From Gemmatimonadaceae bacterium (GTDB taxonomy: Bacteria; Gemmatimonadota; Gemmatimonadetes; Gemmatimonadales; Gemmatimonadaceae), in NCBI GenBank assembly GCA_033763905.1, contig JANRJP010000092.1, forward strand, positions 1 through 20,682: a stretch of DNA of 20,682 bases, written 5' to 3'. This document shows positions 1-7,451 of the stretch, in pieces. The notes beneath the pieces were generated by a model. The model saw only the letters and a list, made by a program, of their open reading frames with translations, did not search any database and was not told the origin of the DNA. Numbering within the stretch: position 1 is the first letter of the stretch; the number at the start of each line of letters is the position of its first letter. The translations under genes and the position numbers were made by a program.

Positions 1-14
1 GTCGCCGGTCTGAC

Positions 15-54
15 TGTTGCCGTCAAGCCACACCTAGGGGTCAATTCTGCCACA
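15..54. promoter_or_regulatory. Tandem imperfect 18-bp palindromes (TGT-N12-ACA type), candidate binding sites for a sigma54 enhancer-binding protein
   Basis: TGTTGCC-GTCA-AGCCACA (15-32) and GGGGTCA-ATTC-TGCCACA (37-54) are 22 bp apart. A third GCCACA lies at 91-96. The pair sits about 80-120 bp upstream of the predicted sigma54 start site. Confidence 0.4.
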
Positions 55-105
55 GGATCCGTTACTTGGGGCCCGAATTGACGCGCTGGGGCCACAGTCG
101 GTCAC

Positions 106-121
106 GGGCACTGCTCTTGCT
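106..121 (+). promoter_or_regulatory. Candidate sigma54 (-24/-12) promoter for the wzc-like gene
   Basis: GGGCAC-TGCTC-TTGCT matches TGGCAC-N5-TTGCW at all but the first base, with GG(107-108)-N10-GC(119-120). It is intergenic and points toward ATG 218. Confidence 0.65.
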
Positions 122-217
122 CTCTCCTTTGGACCGCAGTACAGGGCGCCGCCCTTCAACGCAGAAAAGTCGTATCGCCCCTCGGCGATTTCCCACTTTT
201 GGGTAGTTTCGTTCGCT

Positions 218-2629
218 ATGAGTTCGTCCGTCGTCCCCACCCTGCCCCCAGAGCTTCCGCCCGCCTCGGATCGACCCGCGGGCGGCGTTGCCCCCGACCC
301 GGACGAACTCCCGGTCACGTACCGGATCAACCGGATCCGGGCGACGGCCCTGCGCTTTCGCTGGTGGGTCGTCGGCCTGACCGTGGCCGGCCTGGCCGCC
401 GGGCTCTTTGCGGCGCGGTCGGTACGGCCGGTCTTCGATGCCCGCGCCACGCTCCTGTTGGCAGACGACCGGCCGACGGCCACGATGAGCGGCCCGATTC
501 GCGAAGCGGTGATGCTCGAAGCGGACGGCTGGATGGATGTCCTGCGCAGCAATCGCGTCGTGGACAGCGCCGTCGTCAAGACGCGCCTGCACATCCGGAC
601 CGGCAAGCCCGGCGACGATTCCTTGATGACCGCCGCAGCCACGGCCACGACCTACATCGCTGGCGCCTACGTGCTGGAAGTCGGCAAGGACGGCGCCTCG
701 TATGTCCTGCGCGGCGGTGACGAGAAGACCGAAATCGAGCGCGGGACCCTCCCGGACTCGGTGGGCCGCAAGGTCGGTCTCCTCTGGTGGGTGCCGAAGC
801 TCGGGGGCGAACGTGAAGTGCCGTTCTTCGTCGCCCGGGTGCGCGACGCGTCGCAGGAGCTGCGCGACCGCCTGCGCACCTACACGCGCGAACAGGCGCA
901 GTTCATCACCGTGGAGCTGAGCGGTACCGACCCGTCGCGCCTCGCCGACCTGCTCAACGTGTGGCTCGACGAGTTCATCACGGTCGCGGGCGAACTCAAG
1001 CGCAAGCGGACCACGGACTACGTCACGACGCTCGAATCGCAGTTGGAGCAGGCGCAGACGCGGCTGCGCACGGCCGAGAGCTCGCTCGAAACGATGCGCG
1101 CCTCGGCGCTGACCTCGCCGCTTTCGGCTGGTCCGATCGCGGGTGGCATCGAGGCGACGCGCGATCCGCTGATGCGGGAGTACCTCGCAAACCGTCTCGC
1201 GCTCGAAGAGGTCCGCCGCGACCGTGATGCGCTGGCGCAGTTACTGCGCGAGCCGGGCGGGGTGTCGATCGAAGCGCTCTCGGCGCTACCGGCGATTCTC
1301 GAGAACAACGCGGCCCTGCGCGCGGCGCTCGCCGAACTCAGTGCGAATGAGGCCAAGCTGCGCACCGCGCGGCAGTTCTACGGTGAAGAACACGCGTCGG
1401 TGCGCGACCTCGTGCTCGCCATCGACGGCCTCAAGCGGCAGACCCTGCCGCAGCTGGCGCGTGCGGCGCTCGATCAGATCGGCTTCCGGGAGCAAGCGCT
1501 CGAGAAGTCGGTGGGCTCGTTCTCGTCCGAGTTGCGCCGGGTGCCCGAGCGCTCGATCGAGGAGGCACGCCGCCGTCGTGAAGTGGCGGTGGCCGAAGAG
1601 CTCTACACGAGCGTGCTGCAGCGATACAACGAAGCGCGGCTCGGCGCCGCGGTGCTGTCGGCCGACCTGTCGATCTTTGATCGTGCCCGCGCCCCGCGGT
1701 CACCGACCTCCAACCCGCGGCGCACGGTGGCAGCGGGCGGGCTCATGGCAGGGCTCGCGCTGGCGGCCCTGCTCGTCGTGCTGATGGACTTCACCGACCG
1801 ACGCCTTCGTTTCCCGGAGCAGGTGACCCACGAGCTCAAGCTCGACATCGCGGGCTTCGTCCCGCGGATGCCGGAGGGGAGCACCCCTGACGCGCTGGCG
1901 GCGGCTCAAGCGGTGGAGGCGTTCCGGAGCCTGCGTCTGCGCCTGCAGACCGACGCGACACCTGGGGTGCCGTTGCGTCTCGTGGTCTCGAGCGCCGGCA
2001 TTGGCGACGGCAAGTCGCTGGTCGCGCAAAACCTCGCGATTTCGCTGGCGGAATCCGGACTCCGCACCCTGCTCGTCGACGGAGACGTGCGCCGCGGCCT
2101 GCAACACCTCACGTTCGGTGCCCCGCAGTCGCCCGGCCTGGCCGAGTTGCTCGGCGGGACCGCTGCCCTCGCCGACGTGCTCGTGAAGACCGAGATCCCG
2201 AACCTCACGCTGTTGCCGTCGGGTGCGCGCAGTCGCCGGGTGCCGGAACTGCTCGAGCGCGGCCGCCTCGCGGCGCTGTTTGATCACGTCGGTGATTTCG
2301 ATGTGGTGCTGATCGACTCGGCCCCGCTGGGGGCCGGCATCGATGCCTTCGCGCTCGGCGTGGCGGCGGGGTCGATGCTGCTCGTGCTCCGCGTGAACCA
2401 CACCGATACCAAGGTCGCGGCCGCGAAGCTTGAGATGCTCGACCGGATGCCGGTGCAGGTGCTCGGCGCGGTGCTGAACGATGTTACGCCGTCGACCGGT
2501 TTCGAGCAGTACTCGTACTACTCGGAGTACTTGTTGCCGGATGAGGCGTCGGCCACGGTGAAGACCACGCGCCCGCCGACGATTGCACAGTCGCCCTCGA
2601 CGGCGCTGACGACCGCCCGCGACGCCTGA
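218..2629 (+). CDS. wzc: Wzc/GumC-family polysaccharide co-polymerase with bacterial tyrosine autokinase domain
   Basis: 803 aa. Two hydrophobic segments (WWVVGLTVAGLAAGLFAA; VAAGGLMAGLALAALLVVLM) flank a coiled-coil periplasmic region. Walker A SAGIGDGKS, A' LLVDGDVRR, B VVLIDSAP, and C-terminal Tyr cluster QYSYYSEY are present. Confidence 0.93.
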   Translation: MSSSVVPTLPPELPPASDRPAGGVAPDPDELPVTYRINRIRATALRFRWWVVGLTVAGLAAGLFAARSVRPVFDARATLLLADDRPTATMSGPIREAVMLEADGWMDVLRSNRVVDSAVVKTRLHIRTGKPGDDSLMTAAATATTYIAGAYVLEVGKDGASYVLRGGDEKTEIERGTLPDSVGRKVGLLWWVPKLGGEREVPFFVARVRDASQELRDRLRTYTREQAQFITVELSGTDPSRLADLLNVWLDEFITVAGELKRKRTTDYVTTLESQLEQAQTRLRTAESSLETMRASALTSPLSAGPIAGGIEATRDPLMREYLANRLALEEVRRDRDALAQLLREPGGVSIEALSALPAILENNAALRAALAELSANEAKLRTARQFYGEEHASVRDLVLAIDGLKRQTLPQLARAALDQIGFREQALEKSVGSFSSELRRVPERSIEEARRRREVAVAEELYTSVLQRYNEARLGAAVLSADLSIFDRARAPRSPTSNPRRTVAAGGLMAGLALAALLVVLMDFTDRRLRFPEQVTHELKLDIAGFVPRMPEGSTPDALAAAQAVEAFRSLRLRLQTDATPGVPLRLVVSSAGIGDGKSLVAQNLAISLAESGLRTLLVDGDVRRGLQHLTFGAPQSPGLAELLGGTAALADVLVKTEIPNLTLLPSGARSRRVPELLERGRLAALFDHVGDFDVVLIDSAPLGAGIDAFALGVAAGSMLLVLRVNHTDTKVAAAKLEMLDRMPVQVLGAVLNDVTPSTGFEQYSYYSEYLLPDEASATVKTTRPPTIAQSPSTALTTARDA

Positions 2630-2631
2630 TT

Positions 2632-2657
2632 CGCGCGCCCCGCACGCGGGGCGCGCG
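2632..2657. terminator. GC-rich hairpin between convergent genes, probable bidirectional terminator or pause site
   Basis: Perfect inverted repeat CGCGCGCCCCGC-AC-GCGGGGCGCGCG filling most of the 34-bp gap between the stops at 2629 and 2664. No U-tract on either side. Confidence 0.55.
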
Positions 2658-2663
2658 TCGTGA

Positions 2664-3566
2664 TCAGGACGGCAGCGGGCCGGCCTTGCCGGCGCGGAAC
2701 ATCGCGAGCGACTGGGCCGCACGGCGCAGCAGGTCGTCAACCGGCAAGGCGGCTTGCCGGTAGTTGTCGATCTGCGAGATGCCGACCGCCAAGGGCGCGG
2801 TGCGCTGACTCGTGGCCGGCGTCTCCTGCAAGGCCTGCTGCAGGCGGCCGAGGGCGGCCTCCATCCCGTTGACGCCATCGGCGGTGGCGACGATCGCGAA
2901 CTGATTGGCCCCGACGCGACCAATGAGGTCCGAACCGCGGCTGATTCGGCGGAGTGCCTCGGCCAGCTCGCGGATCACGGCCTCGTCCACCGTCGCGCCT
3001 TCGTCCTGCGCTGGCGAGACGACGATGCAGGCAACAGCGGCGGAGCGGCGGTAGGCGTCGGCCGCTACTTCCCGCGCGCGATGCGCCAATCCACGCAACG
3101 AGTAGAACCCGGTCTCTTCATCGAGCAGCGCGGCTTCGCGCAGGCGGTCGCTCTCCATCTTGGAGCGCACGAACACCTCCAACTGCGCCACGAAGGACTC
3201 GGGATCCGCCGCAGGGGTGATCACCGTCCAGGCGCCGGCGCGCAACAATTCGACGCGATGCCCCGGGACATCCACTCCCGACGTCGTCACGAGAATCGGC
3301 AGCGACGCCGAGACGCCACTCGTCGCCCGCAGCTGCTCGAGGAAGGACAGAATCGTCATATCCGCGAGGTGCGCACCCACCAGAATCGCATCGGGGCGAA
3401 TGGCGCGGAGCAGCCCCAAGCCCTGCTTCCCCGTGTAGGCCCGCGTCACCGCGTAGCCACGTGGCCCGATCACGCTCTCGAACGACCGGAGCGTCCACTC
3501 CTGGCTGTCGACGGCAAGAATGATGGGCGGTCGCATTGGCGTGCTGTCGCTGGAAGAACCGGTCAC
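2664..3566 (-). CDS. Pseudo-receiver plus degenerate GGDEF domain protein (PleD/PopA-like, probable c-di-GMP receptor)
   Basis: REC-like N-terminus (IILAVDSQEW...RPDAILVGAHLADM...LPILVTT) and GGDEF-like C-terminus (DEETGFYSLRG...RGSDLIGRVGANQF...LAVGIS). Start placed at GTG 3566, which has GAGG 10 nt upstream; ATG 3536 is the alternative. The ORF-track start at 3716 is probably too long. Confidence 0.85.
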   Translation of the reverse strand: MTGSSSDSTPMRPPIILAVDSQEWTLRSFESVIGPRGYAVTRAYTGKQGLGLLRAIRPDAILVGAHLADMTILSFLEQLRATSGVSASLPILVTTSGVDVPGHRVELLRAGAWTVITPAADPESFVAQLEVFVRSKMESDRLREAALLDEETGFYSLRGLAHRAREVAADAYRRSAAVACIVVSPAQDEGATVDEAVIRELAEALRRISRGSDLIGRVGANQFAIVATADGVNGMEAALGRLQQALQETPATSQRTAPLAVGISQIDNYRQAALPVDDLLRRAAQSLAMFRAGKAGPLPS

Positions 3567-3825
3567 GTCCGGAGAGCCTCGTAGATACGGGAACGCAACA
3601 CTCCTCTTGCACGAATCGTGCTCACTTCCGTAACGGTTCCGTACAGCCTTCGTGTGCCGAGATTCGGTCAGTATGTACTCGACAGTACGACCAAGCGTGT
3701 TGCGCGGAACCCGCATAGCGCAGAAACGCTACGACAATTGTCGTGTAATGATACAGACCGGCGGCGAGATTGACCAGATGCAGTCAGAACTTCCGATTGC
3801 CATCTGTTGCACGCTGGAGTCGCCG

Positions 3826-3847
3826 GTTGTGGGGGGCGCCCCACAAC
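3826..3847. promoter_or_regulatory. Perfect palindrome with TGT-N12-ACA core in the divergent intergenic region, candidate activator site
   Basis: GTTGTGGGG-GGCG-CCCCACAAC. It has the same 18-bp geometry as the sites upstream of wzc, and an additional TGTTGCA half-site lies at 3805-3811. Confidence 0.45.
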
Positions 3848-3888
3848 TTGGCGGGTCGCGCCATCCGCAAGGCTCCGCCGAAAACTGG

Positions 3889-3913
3889 TAAGTCATTGTG
3901 AAATTATGACTTA
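3889..3913. promoter_or_regulatory. AT-rich inverted repeat, IHF-like or other protein-binding site
   Basis: TAAGTCAT-N9-ATGACTTA. The left arm TAAGTCATTG matches the first ten positions of the IHF consensus YAANNNNTTGATW. Confidence 0.4.
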
Positions 3914-3991
3914 GCACGAAAGTGACAGCGCCGCCGCCCTTAGCACGGTCAATGCCTAAGGGAGTGGCATCCTCTTCGGCGTGCGCTGCAT

Positions 3992-4735
3992 ATGACCTCT
4001 GTTACGCTCCCAGAATTTTCCCGGCCGTCCCGCGGTCCCTCGACCCTCGATCTGATCGAGACGGGCGAGGCCTGGTCGATCGAGCCGCGTGAGCGAGGCG
4101 AGTTCCTGTCGCGCGCCCTGAATGTCGTGGTCGCGTCGGTCGCGATCATCATTCTGATCCCGGTGTTCATCGCGGTGGCGCTGGCGGTCCGCCTGACGTC
4201 GCGCGGTCCGATCCTTTACACCCAGCCGCGGGTCGGCCTCGATCGCCGCTGGCGGCGCGACAACCCGGCGAACTCCCGCCGCGAAACGGATCTGGGCGGC
4301 CGCGTCTTCCGCATTTTCAAGTTCCGCACGATGCGCGTCGATGCCGAGACCGGTTCGGGCGCGGTGTGGGCCTCGAAGCGCGACGCTCGCGTCACGCCGA
4401 TCGGCGAGTTCCTGCGCAAGAGCCGTCTGGACGAGATTCCGCAGCTCTTCAATGTGCTGAAGGGCGATATGAACATCGTGGGCCCGCGCCCCGAGCGCCC
4501 CTCGATCTTCCTGCGCCTGAGCGACCAGATCACCGCCTACCCCGTGCGCCAGCGTGCACGCCCCGGCATCACCGGCTGGGCGCAGATCAATCAGGCGTAC
4601 GACACCTGCGTCGATGACGTCAAGCGGAAGGTCGCCTACGATCTCGAGTACCTGCAGCGCCAGAGCTTGCTCGAGGACATCAAGATCATGGCGCTGACGA
4701 TTCCCGTGATGCTGAATCGGAAGCTGGGCTGGTAA
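3992..4735 (+). CDS. Priming sugar-phosphate transferase (bacterial sugar transferase family; WcaJ/WbaP C-terminal domain type)
   Basis: 247 aa with one hydrophobic segment. Motifs: FKFRTM, DARVTPIGEFLRKSRLDEIPQLFNVLKGDMNIVGPRP, RPGITGWAQIN, DLEY. Confidence 0.95.
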   Translation: MTSVTLPEFSRPSRGPSTLDLIETGEAWSIEPRERGEFLSRALNVVVASVAIIILIPVFIAVALAVRLTSRGPILYTQPRVGLDRRWRRDNPANSRRETDLGGRVFRIFKFRTMRVDAETGSGAVWASKRDARVTPIGEFLRKSRLDEIPQLFNVLKGDMNIVGPRPERPSIFLRLSDQITAYPVRQRARPGITGWAQINQAYDTCVDDVKRKVAYDLEYLQRQSLLEDIKIMALTIPVMLNRKLGW

Positions 4736-4759
4736 GTCGCCGTCGCGGCGATGCAGGGC

Positions 4760-4788
4760 CGAAGGGCGGGCGATCAGCCCGCCCTTCG
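4760..4788. terminator. Hairpin at the convergence of the sugar transferase gene and the NRPS/PKS operon
   Basis: 12-bp perfect stem CGAAGGGCGGGC-GATCA-GCCCGCCCTTCG. The GT2 stop codon (4774-4776) lies in the loop. Confidence 0.5.
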
Positions 4789-5952
4789 CGTTGGTTCCCA
4801 GACCGCGTCTTGCTGGCCGCTGAGCGCGCGCCACCACGCAGCAACACCGGCCACGTTGGACGCCACGATGAAGGCGATCGAGGAGATGAGCTTCGGGGCG
4901 CGCCGCTCCTTCGGCCACTGCCACCCCAGCCATCCGAGGCCGAGCACCGCGACCGCGGCCGCCGCGAGCACCAACGCGGCCAGCGAACGGGTTGCCGCAA
5001 CCGCCAAGCCGGCCGCGGCGACGAGCGACGCCGGATAGACCAGCCAGCGCGCCAACTTGTGGCTCGCGAGCATCCACGCGAACCACCCGTAGCGGAGCGG
5101 GTTGAGGAGCGCCCGCTGATACCAGAGTGTGCGCAGCCCACGCGCCATCGTTCGCACCTTGCGCCGGTATTCCTGCTGCAACGCCCCGGTGCGCGGGACG
5201 CCACACACCGCGCTCTCCACCGAGACCGCCCGATATCCGGCGGCCCGTGCGAGCAAGGGGCTGCCGAAGTCACGGCTCAGGTGTTCGGGAAAGGCCGACG
5301 GGTACAAGTCGCGGCGAATGCCGTAGAAGCACCCGCTCGCTCCAATGATGCCGTCGACCGCGGTCTCGAGGCCGCGCACCCACATTTCGTATCCGACGTA
5401 GCCGGCTTCGCCACCAGACTGCTCCTGCTGGACCGCGGCGATACTGACGTCTCGGCCTGAGGCGACGCCGACGGTCGGATCCTGGAACGCGGCGACCAGC
5501 GGCTTGAGCGCGTGCGCGGGAATCACCGTGGTGGCGTCGGTGTTGACCACCAAGGTGCCACGCAGCTTCGGGTATGCCGCGTTCTCGGCCGCACTCTTGC
5601 CGCCGCGCGCGGGCAAGCGCAGCAGTTCGACGCCGCGGTCCGCGTACGAACGCACGATCTCGTCGGTGCGATCGGTCGAGGCATCGCTGAGGACGAGGAT
5701 GTGTCGACGATCCGCCGGATAGTCGAGGGCCAGCAGTCGATCGATCGCCGCCGCGATCCCCCGCTCTTCGTTGTAGCACGGGACCGTGATCGTGATCTCC
5801 GGCCACGCCGACACATCGTGCGGCGTGGGGACGCGACGGGCGCCCTTGAGCAGTCGGATCGCGGCGAGGGAGATCGGGTAGCCGACATAGGCATACCCGC
5901 CAACAACGAGCGGCAGCGCAACGGCGCCAGCCGCGATCGGATCGACCGACAC
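4774..5952 (-). CDS. Membrane-bound family 2 glycosyltransferase (CESA-like/IcaA-like)
   Basis: Motifs YAYVGYP, TVPCYNEE, LSDASTDRT, GGKSAAEN, NTDAT, GASGCFYGIRR, EYRRKVR, plus N- and C-terminal hydrophobic segments. Start placed at GTG 5952, just after the upstream stop; GTG 5997 is the alternative. Confidence 0.92.
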   Translation of the reverse strand: MSVDPIAAGAVALPLVVGGYAYVGYPISLAAIRLLKGARRVPTPHDVSAWPEITITVPCYNEERGIAAAIDRLLALDYPADRRHILVLSDASTDRTDEIVRSYADRGVELLRLPARGGKSAAENAAYPKLRGTLVVNTDATTVIPAHALKPLVAAFQDPTVGVASGRDVSIAAVQQEQSGGEAGYVGYEMWVRGLETAVDGIIGASGCFYGIRRDLYPSAFPEHLSRDFGSPLLARAAGYRAVSVESAVCGVPRTGALQQEYRRKVRTMARGLRTLWYQRALLNPLRYGWFAWMLASHKLARWLVYPASLVAAAGLAVAATRSLAALVLAAAAVAVLGLGWLGWQWPKERRAPKLISSIAFIVASNVAGVAAWWRALSGQQDAVWEPTRRAG

Positions 5953-5957
5953 GATGT

Positions 5958-7415
5958 TCAGGGTTTCGGGGCAGGCCGCCGCGGGAGCGGCGGCCACTTA
6001 CGGACGCCCACCTCGGCGAAAGCCTCGGTCAGGGCGTCGGGTCGCGGCTCGCCGAAGAACGAGCCAAGGACGCGACCGAGTAGCGCCGCAACGGCGGTGG
6101 CGGTCGCGTGCGCCTGATGCAGAGGCACGACGGCCAGCGCGAAGCCGAGTCCGCCGTGCCGCGCGAAATACGCGTAGAGCGGCCAGCGCATCACCGCTGC
6201 TGACAGCGGGAACAGCGCCGCGGCGCCCCACCACACCGGAACGATGGGCACGCCCGCCAGGGCAACGAGCGCGCAGAGCATCCCCAGGAGCACGAGAATG
6301 CTCGCCCGCTTCTCGATGCGCACGGGGAACTCGATGTGCGGGAGACCGCCGTCCCGCGCCACCCGATAGAGCGGCACAACGAACTGGCGCAGGTCATCGA
6401 GCACCAACGAGCCCAGCGACGACGGGCGCAGGTGAGTCACCTGCAGCTCGGCGCGCAACACGATGCGATGTCCGTGCGCCCGCAGCCGATGCCCGAGCTC
6501 GACACTCTCGACTTCGGCATCGGTGAAGCGCCACTCGTCGAAGCCGCCGACCGCGGCGAACGCATCACGACGGACGGCGCCGCAGGCTGCCCAGAAAATG
6601 TCGACGTCTCCCGCGAGGGTTTCGTGGAGCTCGTGCGACAGAATGTTGCGATACCGCGTGATGAAGCCGGCGCCCGCCGGGCCATCCGCGTAGGAGCCGA
6701 ACACGGCACTGATGCCCCGCTCGCGTCCCAGCGTGGAGACGAGCTCGGTGAGCACTGGGCCGGTCACGAGCACGTCCGCGTCGACGAAGACCAGCACCTC
6801 GCCATCGGTGACGTCGACCCCGCGATTCCGGGCATACGCCGGCCCCCGCTCCCGACCGCGGATGCGAACCAGCTTGTCTGCCACCTCGGCCGCGACGACG
6901 CTGGTGTCGTCTCCGCTGGCGTCGTCGACGATGACGAGTTCGCCACCGAGTGCGTGCGTCGCCGTGCGCAGGACGGGCAGCGTCCTCGAGAGCATCGACG
7001 CTGCGTTGGCGGCCGGGACGATCACCGAACAGGTCGGCGCCGCGACGTCCGTTCCAGCGCGGGACGACCGGTCTGCCGCGACGAACCAGAAGGCGTCCGC
7101 GGCCGACGCTGCAACGACCTCGCGCCGCCGCGCCGCCACCTCAGCCGGGGTGGACGCCTGCAACACATGGAGATCCGGGTGCGCGCCACGCAACGCGACG
7201 AGTTCCGCCTCGGTACCGCGGACGATCGCCACACGCTCGACCACGCCCGCCGCTAGCGGATCCGTGTCCGGGACGGCGGTGCCGGCCAGCTCCGCCGCCG
7301 CGCCAATCAGCACGACGGTAACGCGCGGCAGCGCGCTGCGGTCCTGCGCGACGGCCGCTGGGGCCGGCGCCGCCGCCGGACGCGGGGCAGAGGTGACAGG
7401 AACCGACGAGGTCAT
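5958..7415 (-). CDS. Family 2 glycosyltransferase with N-terminal extension and C-terminal membrane segments
   Basis: 485 aa. Motifs SVIVPAAN, IVDDASGDDT, GPAYARNRG, LVFVDADV (DxD), VRRDAFAAVGGFDE, and a hydrophobic C-terminus. Confidence 0.9.
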   Translation of the reverse strand: MTSSVPVTSAPRPAAAPAPAAVAQDRSALPRVTVVLIGAAAELAGTAVPDTDPLAAGVVERVAIVRGTEAELVALRGAHPDLHVLQASTPAEVAARRREVVAASAADAFWFVAADRSSRAGTDVAAPTCSVIVPAANAASMLSRTLPVLRTATHALGGELVIVDDASGDDTSVVAAEVADKLVRIRGRERGPAYARNRGVDVTDGEVLVFVDADVLVTGPVLTELVSTLGRERGISAVFGSYADGPAGAGFITRYRNILSHELHETLAGDVDIFWAACGAVRRDAFAAVGGFDEWRFTDAEVESVELGHRLRAHGHRIVLRAELQVTHLRPSSLGSLVLDDLRQFVVPLYRVARDGGLPHIEFPVRIEKRASILVLLGMLCALVALAGVPIVPVWWGAAALFPLSAAVMRWPLYAYFARHGGLGFALAVVPLHQAHATATAVAALLGRVLGSFFGEPRPDALTEAFAEVGVRKWPPLPRRPAPKP

Positions 7416-7451
7416 ATCACGACGCGTTACGCAAGGAGCGTGCGAGCAAGA

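Noticed and set aside
200..212. GGGTAG in the wzc leader as an ops/JUMPstart element
   Set aside because: Only a partial match to GGCGGTAG, with no JUMPstart context.
34..720. Overlapping ORFs 34-648(-), 62-592(-) and 199-720(+)
   Set aside because: They overlap wzc and its promoter, and the translations are low-complexity with no motifs.
3567..3716. N-terminal extension of the REC-GGDEF ORF, and small ORFs in the 3567-3991 spacer
   Set aside because: No domain similarity, lower GC than the flanking genes, and regulatory-looking motifs nearby. It is more likely non-coding.
7430..7446. Sigma54-like sequence TCGCAC-GCTCC-TTGCG on the minus strand ahead of the GT2 genes
   Set aside because: It has CG in place of the near-invariant GG and no supporting enhancer motif was seen. 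An internal promoter cannot be fully excluded.
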